From contig JBNRSN020000003.1 in assembly GCA_051313645.2 (NCBI GenBank), forward strand, positions 19,964,001 through 20,028,000: a stretch of 64,000 nucleotides of DNA, read 5' to 3'. Numbering within the stretch: the stretch's first letter is position 1; every line of letters starts with the position of its first letter. Below are positions 11,860 to 21,848 of the stretch, one piece after another. The position numbers and the translations under genes were made by a program. The stretch is from Centroscyllium fabricii. Taxonomy: Eukaryota. The notes beneath the pieces are model-generated. The model made no database searches. It had not been told where the DNA came from and saw only the letters and a list, made by a program, of their open reading frames with translations.

Positions 11860-12243
11860 CAGGTTGAACACCGTTACACCGGCACGGGCGAGACTAGGCC
11901 CGTGCCGGTATTGTGAAAAAGCCGGCAGAATGAAGCCGTCCAGTGCATGCGCGCACCATTCAAAATGGCCGCGCGCATGCCCAGAACATTGGAAATGGCC
12001 GCCCCGAAACTTTGAATGATCTGCGCATGCGGCGCCGAACGCATGTGCAGATCATGCGAAATGGCCGCCGAAGTTTTGAATGATCTGCGCATGCGCTCGC
12101 CGTTCGGCGGCGCATGCACAGATCATTCGCCGAAGCATCAATCGCAGCGGCCATTTTGCGCATGCGCAGGGCAGTCGGGCAATTTATGCCTGACGACTGA
12201 GGTTGACGGCTTTTCGGTTACCGGATTAACGGTCTTCAACCTG
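11860..12243. mobile_element. Tigger-like MITE
   Basis: TIRs CAGGTTGAACACCGTTA / TAACGGTCTTCAACCTG, TA TSD. Confidence 0.88.
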
Positions 12244-12250
12244 TACCCGA

Positions 12251-12477
12251 TGTGGTAAACCACTGTTGTTTATAGTTGCCTTTTGCCTGTGTGTGTACAT
12301 GCCCGGGCATGCCTGAAGCTGACTCCGCCCCCCAGCCTACCGGATAAAGGCCAAGCTACGGGAGCCTGGCCCAGTACAAGGAGTTGCATGTCAGTCTAAG
12401 GATGTCCAGGGTTCTTAGTGAATAAAAACCTCAGTTGTATTCTCAACCTCGCCTCGAGTATAATTGATCGCGCATCA
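12251..12477 (+). mobile_element. Solo LTR
   Basis: TG...CA ends, AATAAA signal, flanks CCCGA/ACCGA. Close copy at 53816-54045. Confidence 0.85.
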
Positions 12478-12789
12478 ACCGACAAAATAGATAACCGGTA
12501 ATCTTGCCGAATCCACCCAGCACTCGGTTTTCTGAGTTCAAGTTTCCCGCGGTGGCCGAGTTAGTCAGTGGTTTTTATTTTTTTCTTGTTAAAAATGGCC
12601 TACCTCTCTGTTAACCAGAATTTTTCATCAACCAATACCATCCTGGTCCTGTCGGTGCCGGATACGAAAGGGTTCACTGTAGTTAGTTGAGGCATCTGTG
12701 TCCAACTCTGTCGTTGCCTCTGGCAAGTAGGAGTGAAGTTATATTTCCACTCAGTGTTGCTCTGTGATCCTTCTGTTAATTGATCTGGC

Positions 12790-12990
12790 CAGAAGCTCTG
12801 GAATTCCTTCCCTAAACCCTCTACCTCTCTTTCCTCCTTTAAGACGCTCCTTAAAACCTACCTCTTTGACCAAGATATGTCCAATATCTCCTTACGTGGT
12901 TCAGTGTCAAATTCTGTCTGATAATGCTCCTGTGAAGCACCTTGGGACGTTTTACTATGGTAAAGATGCTTGGTAAATACTGGTTGTTGC
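12790..12990 (+). mobile_element. L2-like LINE 3' fragment
   Basis: CTCTGGAATTCC...CTCCTTAAAACCTACCTCTTTGACC...GTGAAGCACCTTGGGACGTTTTACTA, the reverse complement of the 14055 copy. Confidence 0.75.
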
Positions 12991-13153
12991 TCGTTATACT
13001 CGTCAACAACAACAGTGCAAGCAAGGTGAGCCAGCTTAAGCAGCTTATATCAAACTTAGACATAAGTAGTAAATCCCAATTCAATTTTTCATGTATTTAG
13101 GATGCACGGGACAATTTGTTTGCTACCCTTGAACTAGCAGTGGTTACTGTGGT

Positions 13154-14012
13154 TTGGACAGGTTGGGTGATGGGGCAGAAGCATGGCAGATGCAATATAA
13201 CGTGGATAAGTGTGAGGTTATCCACTTTGGTGGCAAAAACAGGAAGGTAGATTATCTGAATGGCAACAGATTGGGAGAAGGGGAAGTGCAAGGAGACCTG
13301 GGCGTCCTTGTGCACCAGTCGCTGAAGGTAAGCATGCAGGTGCAGCAGGCGGCTAAGAAGACAAATGGTATGTTGGCCTTCGAAGCGAGAGGATTCGAGT
13401 ACAGGAACAAGGATGTCTTGTTGCAGTTGTACAGGGCCTTGGTGAGACCGCACCTTGAGTACTGTGTGCAGTTTTGGTCGGCTTATCTGAGGAAGGATGT
13501 TCTTGCCATGGAGGGAGTGCAGCGAAGATTCACCAGACTGATACCTGGGATGGCAGGAATGACGTATGAGGAGAGATTGGGTCGATTGGGTTTGTACTCA
13601 CTGTAGTTTAGAAGAATGAGAGGGGATCTCATTGAAACTTATAAAATTCTGACAGGACTGGACAGACTAGATGCAGGAAGGATGTTCCCGATGGTGGGGG
13701 AGTCCAGAACCAGGGGTCACAGTCTAAGGATAAGGGGTAAGCCATTTAGGACAGAGATGAGGAGGAATTTCTTCACCCAGAGAGTGGTGAACCTGTGGAA
13801 TTCTCTACCGCAGAAGGCAGTTGAGGCCAATGCATTAAATATATTCAAGATGTGGTTAGATATATTTGTTACGGCGAAAGGGATCAAGGGATATGGGGAG
13901 AAAGCAGGGACAGGGTACTGAATTTGGATGATCAGCCATGATCTCATTAAATGACGGAGCAGGCTCGAGGGGCCGAACAGCCTACTCCTGCTCCTATCTT
14001 CTGTGTCTATGT
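13154..14012 (+). mobile_element. CR1/HER1-like LINE, 5'-truncated
   Basis: ORFs 13154..13606 and 13616..13921 separated by one in-frame stop, followed by the 3' UTR. Confidence 0.93.
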
Positions 14013-14054
14013 TACAGACTGGAACTTAAGATAACACTATTTCTAGCATACGTT

Positions 14055-14755
14055 GTACAACAACAACAACCTGTGTTTATATAGCACCTTTAACGTAGTA
14101 AAACGTCCCAAGGTGCTTCACAGGAGTATTAAAAGACAAACATTTGACACCGAGCCACATAAGGAGAAATTAGGGCAGGTGACCAAAAGCTTCGTCAAAG
14201 AGGTCGGTTTTAAGGAGCATCTTAAAGGAGGAAAGAGAGGTAGCGAGGCGGAGAGGTTTAGGCAGGGAATTCCAGAGCTCAGGGCCCAGGCAACAGAAGA
14301 CACGGCTGCCAAAGGTTGAGCGATTATAATCAGGGATGCTCAATAGGGCAGAATTAGAGGGGCGCAGATATCACTGGGGGGTGGGTGTGTTGTTAGGGCT
14401 GGAGTAGATTACAGAGATAGGGAGGGGGCGAGGCCATGGAGGGATTTGAAAATGACGATGAGAATTTTGCAATCAAGGCGCTGCTTAACCGGGAGCCAAT
14501 GTAGGTCAGCGAGTACAGGGGAGATGGGTGAACGGGACCTGGTGCGAGTTAGGACACGGGCAGCCGAGTTTTGGATGAGCTCAGGTTTCGCAGGTGGAAT
14601 GTGGGAGGCCAGCCAGGAGTGCATTGGAATAGTCAAGTCCAGAGGTAACAAAGGCATGGATGAGGGTTTCACCAGCGGATGAGCTGAGGCAGGGGTGGAG
14701 ACGGGCGATGTTACGGAGGTGGAAGTAGGCGGTCTTTGTTATGCTGCCGATATGT
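14055..14755 (-). mobile_element. L2-like LINE 3' fragment
   Basis: ORF 14409..14672 (LIQNSAARVLTRTRSRSPISPVLADLHWLPV) is typical of the L2 ORF2 C-terminus. (GTT)n tail. Confidence 0.88.
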
Positions 14756-15102
14756 GGATTCAGTACAATTTCCAGTCCAATATATGTTACGATGCAATAT
14801 TGTTACATATTGTGCAGGGTTTAGCGTTCATCTATTCTACAGGATGTAATCACAATCGCCTGTGATCCCTGCTCCACAGAAGATCCAAACAAGGAGTCGA
14901 AGCTTTCAGAGAACATGAGGAAAAACCTTTGGAAAACGGAGCAGGAAAAAGAACACAAGAGACCACTTCGACAGACGTGTTGAAACTCTGCGACAAAGTT
15001 TAAATCCACAAAGAAATGTCGGCTGTGTCATCCAGTCCAAAGGAATGCATCACAAGGAACAAGATTTTCAGAATAAACAACAGCAGTACCTCTAAAAAGC
15101 TA

Positions 15103-15824
15103 AGAAGTCACACAACACCAGGTTATAGTCCAACAGTTTTATTTGAAATCACAAGCTTTCGGAGCGCTGCTCCTTCATCAGGTCAAGTGAACAGATGCAT
15201 ATAGGCACAGCACATATAGTCAGAAAGGGGAGGTGGTGGCGTAGTGGTTATATCATTTGACTAGTAAGCCAGAGGCTCAGTCAAATGCTCTGATGATATG
15301 GGTTCAAATCCCACCACGGCAGCTGGTGGAATTTAAATTCAATTCAATTTAATTCTGGAATTAAATATTAGTCTTAGTAATGGCGGCCATTGTCGATTGT
15401 TGCAAAAACCCATCTGGTTCACTAATGTCCTTTAGGGAAGGAAATCTGCCATCCTTACCTGGTCTGGCCTACATGTGACTCCAGACCCACAGCAATGTGG
15501 TTGACTCTCAATGCCCTCTGAAATGGCCCAGCAAGCCACTCAATTGTAAACAACCGCTACGAAAAACAGTAAGACTGCAGCGGTTCAAGAAGGCGGCTCA
15601 CCACCATCTTCTCGAGGGCAATTAGGGATGGGCACTAAATGCAGGCCTGGCCAGCCAGCGACGCCCACATCCCATCAATGAATTTAAAAAAAGAAAACAA
15701 TGCGAGGCGATTACAGCGCTCCGAAAGCTTGTGATTTCAAATAAAGCTGTTGGACTATAACCTGGTGTTGCATGACTTCTTAAATTTGTCCACCCCAGTC
15801 CAACACCGGCACCTCCACATCATG
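15103..15824. mobile_element. Penelope-like insertion: inverted pair of terminal repeats, later split by a SINE
   Basis: Minus-strand copy at 15103-15225 and plus-strand copy at about 15700-15824. TCTAAAAAGCTA occurs at both 15091-15102 and 15825-15836. Confidence 0.8.
15227..15697 (+). mobile_element. tRNA-derived SINE whose tail matches the LINE at 28105
   Basis: A box TGGCGTAGTGG, B box GGTTCAAATCC. Tail ...CAGCGACGCCCACATCCCAT...A-rich is shared with the 3' end of the 28105 LINE. Confidence 0.8.
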
Positions 15825-16058
15825 TCTAAAAAGCTACACACAGGGCAGAGGTCACCAACAGTGACACAAATTGCATCTGTGGTCAGACTAGTATTTGCTA
15901 AATCAATAAAACTCAATACCAAGTGGAAAGTGCAAACAAAATGAAATTGCTAACCAAGACACCAAGGTGAAGCTCCACCAATCCAACAGTTAACAGAAGG
16001 ATTTACCTGGTTACAGAACAGATCCACATCTATTACAGCTACATTTACTGCCCCTCAC

Positions 16059-16207
16059 CTGTTTGTGCTTCAGTAGTGGTTTCTTATCAGAAAACCTCTT
16101 AGCTGCCTCTGCGGATTTTACAGTCAATGGCACTCTGTATTTGGCTGCCGGTTTGGTGATTTTCTGTGCAGGTCCTGCGGATCCTGAGACTGCACCTGGT
16201 CTTTTTA
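16059..16207 (-). CDS. NEK1: NEK1 coding exon (V-KRPGAVSGSAGPAQKITKPAAKYRVPL...KKPLLKHKQ)
   Basis: 149 nt, cag acceptor, gtgag donor, phase 1/0. PAQKITKPAAKY is characteristic of NEK1 rather than NEK3 or NEK5. Confidence 0.9.
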
Positions 16208-16667
16208 CTGCCAAGGTAAGGAAATGTTTTTGTTGATTTTTCTGCAAAAGTGAACGTTTTCAATTTTATATAAGCCCTCAATTGGGCTTCTCTGGTGATG
16301 CAGCAGGCCCCTCACGGAGGTCTCGGCGTCAGCCCCTGGTCTGTGCCAAGTTCTTAGAAATTAATTCTCAGGATGTGGCAAGGCCACCATTTATTGCCCA
16401 TCACTAGTTGCCCTTCAGAAAGTGTTGGTGGGCTGATCTTAACCAGGGCAGCGGCTAGAGAAATATGATTGGCCTCGTTTCCCTGGCTAGCATTGTGGTC
16501 AAAACAAAAGTCAGCCATCATCATTAAAGAACCGCTGTGTTGCAATTCAGGCTGTCCCACCAAAACTTTTAACTCATACTCCAGGACAGAGCAGGTTTGA
16601 TTGGCAGCCCCATCACTGGATTCAATATCCACCCCTTTAATCACAAGCGTACCCTGCTTGCAGTATG

Positions 16668-17058
16668 ACGGTGGCACAGTGGTTAGCACTGTTGTCTCAG
16701 CGCTGGGGATCCGGGTTCAAATCCAGCCTCGGGTACTATCTGTGTGGAGTTTGCACATTCTCCCCGTGTCTGCGTGGGTTTCCTCCGGGTGCTCCGGTTT
16801 CCTCCCACAGTCCAAAGATGTGCGGGTTAGGTTGATTGGCCAGGATAAATTGACCCTTAGTGTTAGGGGGATTGAATATGTGGGGTTACGGGGATAGGGT
16901 GGGATGTGTGTCGATGCAGGCTCGATAGGGATCGAGGAATATGGGGACAAGGCAGGGGCGGGGTACTGGGTTTGGATGATCAGGCATCTCATTGAATGGC
17001 GGAGCAGGCTCGAAGGGCCGAATGGCCTACTCCTGCTCCTAGTTTCTATGTTTCTATG
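16668..17058 (+). mobile_element. HE1-type V-SINE
   Basis: Head, V domain and CR1 tail ending TTTCTATGTTTCTATG. Confidence 0.92.
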
Positions 17059-17824
17059 ACAGCAAGCTTACATTTTGACAGCATCTTCCTGACCCATACT
17101 AACAGGAAGACCAGAGCAGCAAATGACAGACCATCCTGACTTGAGCACACAATCACCAGTCAATATCCTGGAATTCTCCACCTATCACTATGATAGGAGC
17201 ATCATCAGCACGGCGCCATCAGCAGTTCATAGAGAAGGCCCACCACCACCTTCTCAAGGCAACTGGAACTAGCAATAAAATGTGGCCTTACCAGCGTTGC
17301 CGACAACTTAAATGAAGAGAGATCCATAAGCAGACCTGCCGTCCTTACCTGGTCTCCGATGAATGGAAATTATGCACGCTTATGCAGGATATGAACGGGA
17401 TACTGCACTGCAGGACTAACAATTACTCTTTTTCCACAGGATTATGCCAACAGAGCCTATGTGGACTTTCCAGCACACTCTCCTTTCTACTTGAAAGGCA
17501 GCAAACAGTAAACTAACAGACCACCATGTTAAGGCTAAAACTAAAAGCTGAACAACAGAAGCACAAAAAACCCCACAGAATGTCCATATATTTGTAAAAC
17601 AACAAGGACTGAATCAGTTTAAATATCATATTCAGAACATACTTTGCATGGTCCAGTAAGTGGGACGGGCAGAGAGCCGGCACGGGCTTGACGGGCCGAA
17701 TGGCCTTCTTCCATGCTGTAGCCATTGTATGATTTTATGAAGCTGTAATACTTTTGGAAGATACAGACTTTCAAAGATTTCTTGATGCAATGTCTGTGTG
17801 CTGATGATGGAATAATCTTGTTAC

Positions 17825-17992
17825 TAGTCCAAAGAGGTGCGGGTTGGGTTGATTAGCCAGGATAAATTGACCCTTAGTGTTAGGGGGATTAAATATGTGG
17901 GGGTTACGGGGATAGGGTGGGGTGTGTGTCGGTGCAGGCTCGATGGGCCGAAATGGCCTCTATCTGCACTGTAGGGATTCTATGATTCTATG
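17825..17992 (+). mobile_element. HE1-type SINE 3' fragment with variant tail
   Basis: GTCCAAAGA..GTGCGGGTT...AAATTGACCCTTAGTG...GATTCTATGATTCTATG. Confidence 0.75.
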
Positions 17993-18466
17993 ACTACTGC
18001 ACAGTCCAGCTGTCTAATTTAGACACTTGAAACTGATCTAAAAAAATAAGAAAGGAAAGACTGCTGCACATATTCCCAAATCACCGGGCCTCAGACAAAC
18101 CACTTCAAAGACTCAACGGTTCATTCAGTGTGTAGAATCACTAAATGAGTAACCGCTCGCTCATGTCTTACAAAACCAATGAATGCTTTGACCATGTTTC
18201 ATCTGAATAACCCTTGGGACAAAGGTCCAGCAAACCGAGCTAACCTGCAGATCAAAGGGCCTGTTTGCAATTGGCAACCAGCTGGGTTCCATCACAAGAT
18301 TTTTAAAAAAATGTATGCAGCGAGTCGTGATGGTCTGGAATCCACTGCCTGAAAGAGTGATGGAAGCAGATTCAATATTAACTTTCAAAAGGAAATTGGG
18401 TAAATACCCCTGTACTTGAAAAAGAAAAATTTGCAGGGCTGTAGGGAATGAGTGGGGGAGTGGGAC

Positions 18467-18925
18467 TCAATTTCAATTTCAATTCAATTTAAAACACTTT
18501 ATTGGCATGACAGGATACATCCCTATGTTGCCAAAGTATAAAACATAACATACATAGTTAAAATGCATAGATACAGATATACAATGTATGGGCAGATATG
18601 CCCCTGTACATATACATATATATACACACACAATACATCTGTAACCTTTTATCGGTTGCTACACGTCATTGCAGTTACAAACAGTATAATAATTAGTGTT
18701 GATTAGTCTCTGTCTGTGTGCGCGTGCATGTGTGCATGTTGGTCATTCACTGTCTCTCAGGTTGTGGCATGCTGTTACGTATTGTGCACCAAGCTGTGCC
18801 CTATTTCCCTCGCCAAGGATTATTCTTAGTTTTGAGATATCATTCAGTTCTTTCAAATCTGCCATTGCCAAGCTTAGTTTGTGAAAGTATGTTTTCCTTG
18901 TTTTGTCGAATTTTTTGCATTTTAG
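18467..18925 (-). mobile_element. 3' fragment of an RTEX-like LINE
   Basis: Tail CATGCCAATAAA...(AATTG)n is shared with the 54853 copy. Confidence 0.55.
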
Positions 18926-19124
18926 GAGGACTCATTGGATCGCTCTTTCAAAGAGCCGGCATTAGCAAGGTGGGCCAAATGGCCTCCTTCTGCGCTGTAT
19001 CATTTTATGATCAAAAGGATTCTTCGCAAAGATCAGGCAATTAAGAATGCTACAGATTGAAATGCCTACTTCCATCCTAAATTTCCCCATGTAGATTAGA
19101 ACAGAGATAATAGATTTGCCCATG

Positions 19125-19585
19125 AGGTACCGTAGCACAGCGGTTATGTTACTGGACCAGTAATCCAGAGGCCTGGACTAATGATTGTGAGTTCAAATCC
19201 CACAGCAGCTGGGGAATTTAAATTCATCCAAATAAATCAAATTAAATAAATCTGGAATAATTGTCAGTAATGGTGAACATGAAACTACCGGATTGTCATC
19301 GTTCATTCACTTATGCCTTTAGGGAAGGAAATCTGCCGTCCTTACCTGGTCTGGCCTATATAGGACTCCAGACCCACAGCAATGGTGAACTCTTAACTGT
19401 CCTCTGAAATAACCCAGCACACGGACGGATCATCTGGCACTGACCAAGGCCTTCATCATCCCTCCCTAACAGCACTGTGGGAGTACCTTCTACCACACGG
19501 ACTGCAGCAGTAGAAGGTGGCGGCTTCTTAATAAGTGGCAAGCCTTGCCAGCGATACCCACATCTCGGAAACAAATTTAAAAAAA
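19125..19585 (+). mobile_element. Diverged copy of the 15227 SINE family
   Basis: AGGGAAGGAAATCTGCCGTCCTTACCTGGTCTGGCCTA...ACTCCAGACCCACAGCAAT core. Confidence 0.75.
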
Positions 19586-19613
19586 CTTTCCTTGGACTGT
19601 GAATTCACATTAC

Positions 19614-19849
19614 TGTGGCGGCACACCAGACTGACGAATCCGCCTCGGGAGTTCTGCGGGGCATAGCCCCGCCCACCGGGTGACGCGATGACGTCACCAC
19701 GTCTCTCGGCGTGATGAGGTCACTAAGCAGGTAGTTTAAATAAGCCTGCTCCTCGTGGATCACTCGCTTTCTTGCTTAGTAATGTAATTAAACAAGTGTT
19801 ATCTGTCTCTCCGGCTCCTCTGTGGTTCTTGGGTCCTGCAAGCGCTACA
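19614..19849 (+). repeat. Gypsy 5' LTR
   Basis: About 8 differences from the 3' LTR by eye. Contains TGACGTCA (CRE-like), a TTTAAATA box and ATTAAA. Confidence 0.95.
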
Positions 19850-19850
19850 G

Positions 19851-19863
19851 TGGTGACCCCGAC
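19851..19863 (+). promoter_or_regulatory. Primer-binding site complementary to the tRNA-Trp 3' end
   Basis: TGGTGACCCCGAC, 1 nt after the LTR. It matches the start of the avian leukosis/sarcoma virus tRNA-Trp PBS. Confidence 0.85.
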
Positions 19864-21328
19864 TTGGAACGTCTTCCAAGGAGAAAACAGCAGCTACAGG
19901 ACTAAAAACCAAGCAGCCTCAGAACACTTTAAAAAGCAACATGTCTTCAAGAAACCAAGCTTCTCGATCACAAGGACTTGGCCAGAACTTCGGGCACAGA
20001 CTAACTCTACCGGAGTTCTGGGAGCAACGCCCGGCAGCGTGGTCCATGTGTATAGAGACCAGCTGCCGCACACATGGCATCCAGGGTCAGTGTTGGGAAA
20101 GTTCACACTTAACAAGAGCTAGCTCAAAGTTCAGTTCAATCATTTTAAAATGAACTAGTTCAAGTTCATAGTTCATAATTTTGAATTTTGAACTTAAGTT
20201 CGCAGCTCAAAAATGAACTAGTTCAAAGTTCGTTTTTTTTTCTTTTCTTCTAATGCGCTGCCCCGAGCTATTATTTTTCAATAGAACATCCTCTTATCCA
20301 TCCACTGACAGCCCCCAATCATTGCTACAGCCCATTAAAGAATAATAGAAGCTGATTACTTTGTAAGTTTTATCACTGAATCATTGTGTCAGTAGTTTCC
20401 TGTGGGGTAGAGTCAGTTTGGAGCAATGCAAATTATGAAGCAGGAACAACAATTATCCGATATAGAGAACTGTCTGTATGTATATACACAGGCTGAGTAT
20501 ATAGGGTGGCATGGTGGCACAGTGCTTAGCACTGCTGTCTCACAGCACTGGAGACCTGGGTTCAAATCCAGCCTCGGGTACTATCTGTGTGGAGTTTGCA
20601 CATTCTCCCCGTGTCTGCGTGGGTTTCCTCCGGGTGCTCTGGTTTCCTCCCACAGTCCAAAGATGTGCAGGTTAGGTTGATTGGCCATGATAAATTGACC
20701 CTCAGTGTTAGGGCGATTGAATATGTGGGGTTACGGGGATATGGTGGGATATGTGTCAGTGTAGGCTCAATAGGGATATGGTGAGAGGGCAGGGGCGGGT
20801 TACAGGGTTTGGATGATCAGCTGATCTCATTGAATGGTGGAGCAGGCTTGAATGGCCTACTCCTGCTCCTATCTTGAGAGAGAGAGAGAGAGAGAGAGAG
20901 ATAGATTTTTGCAAAAAGCCCCGCAGAGCACTCAGTACAGGCGAGAGAGCAATGAGATCAGATCAGCCAGCAGGTCCGGCACACTCACCGTTCAGGAGAC
21001 GCCAGCAGCGATTCAGACTCGTGGAGACGATCTGCGCATGCGTTTGGCGTCACAAAGCGTGAGAGCGCCGCTCACACCCTCCAAAGCGAGCGACGCTCAC
21101 GTTTTCGCTCAGGCTGCTGGGAAAGAGCGCGCTCGTTCAGCGTTCACGAAAATGTGAACGCGCTCGTGAACGCCCGCTCATTTAGCGCGCTCATGGCCAA
21201 CACTGGGATCGAGGGATATGGCAGGTTACAGGGTTTGGATGATCAGCCATGATCTCATTGAATGGTGGAGCAGGCTTGAAGGGCTGAATCTCCTGCTCCT
21301 ATCTTTCTAAATAGGCAGGTATGTAGTT

Positions 21329-21362
<34 letters not shown>

Positions 21363-21389
21363 CATTTAGCGCGCTCACGGACAACACTG

Positions 21390-21620
21390 GTACCGCCCCT
21401 CCGACAGTGCGGTGCTCCCTCAGTACTGCCCCTCCGACAGTGCGGTGCTCCCTCAGTACTGCCCCTCCGACAGTGCGGTGCTCCCTCAGTACTGCCCCTC
21501 CGACAGTGCGGTGCTCCCTCAGTACTGCCCCTCCGACAGTGCGGTGCTCCCTCAGTACTGCCCCTCCGACAGTGCGGTGCTCCCTCAGTACTGCCCCTCC
21601 GACGGTGCGGCGCTCCCTCA
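21390..21620. repeat. 33-bp minisatellite (about 7 units) derived from a Deu-type SINE segment
   Basis: Unit GTACTGCCCCTCCGACAGTGCGGTGCTCCCTCA. Its reverse complement resembles 34600-34630. Confidence 0.9.
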
Positions 21621-21848
21621 AGGGGCTGAACGGCTTCCTCCTATTCTTAATGTAACAGGCTCGAGGGGCTGAATGGCTTCCTCCTGTTCCTAATGTAACA
21701 GGCTCAAAGGGGCTGAATGGCCTCGTCCTGTTGCTAATGTAACAGGCTCCAGGGGGCTGAACGGCCTCCTCCTGTTCCTAATGTAAGAGGCTCGAGGGGC
21801 TGAACGGCCTCCTCCTGTTCCTAATGTAACAGGCTCGAGCGGCTGACC
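21621..21848 (+). repeat. About 43-bp tandem repeat derived from the CR1/SINE tail hairpin
   Basis: About 5 units of TAATGTAACAGGCTCGAGGGGCTGAAYGGCCTCCTCCTGTTCC. Confidence 0.85.

Larger units (their letters stand above)
11811..12679. mobile_element. Older Tigger-like MITE hosting a younger MITE and a solo LTR
   Basis: Degenerate TIRs CAGTAAACTCTTGTTTAAACGGCAC / GTGCCGGATACGAAAGGGTTCACTG. Confidence 0.55.

Noticed and set aside
21390-21848. CRISPR-like array of 33-bp and about 43-bp repeats
   Set aside because: The units are directly tandem with no unique spacers, derive from SINE/LINE sequence, and lie in a vertebrate intron with no cas genes.
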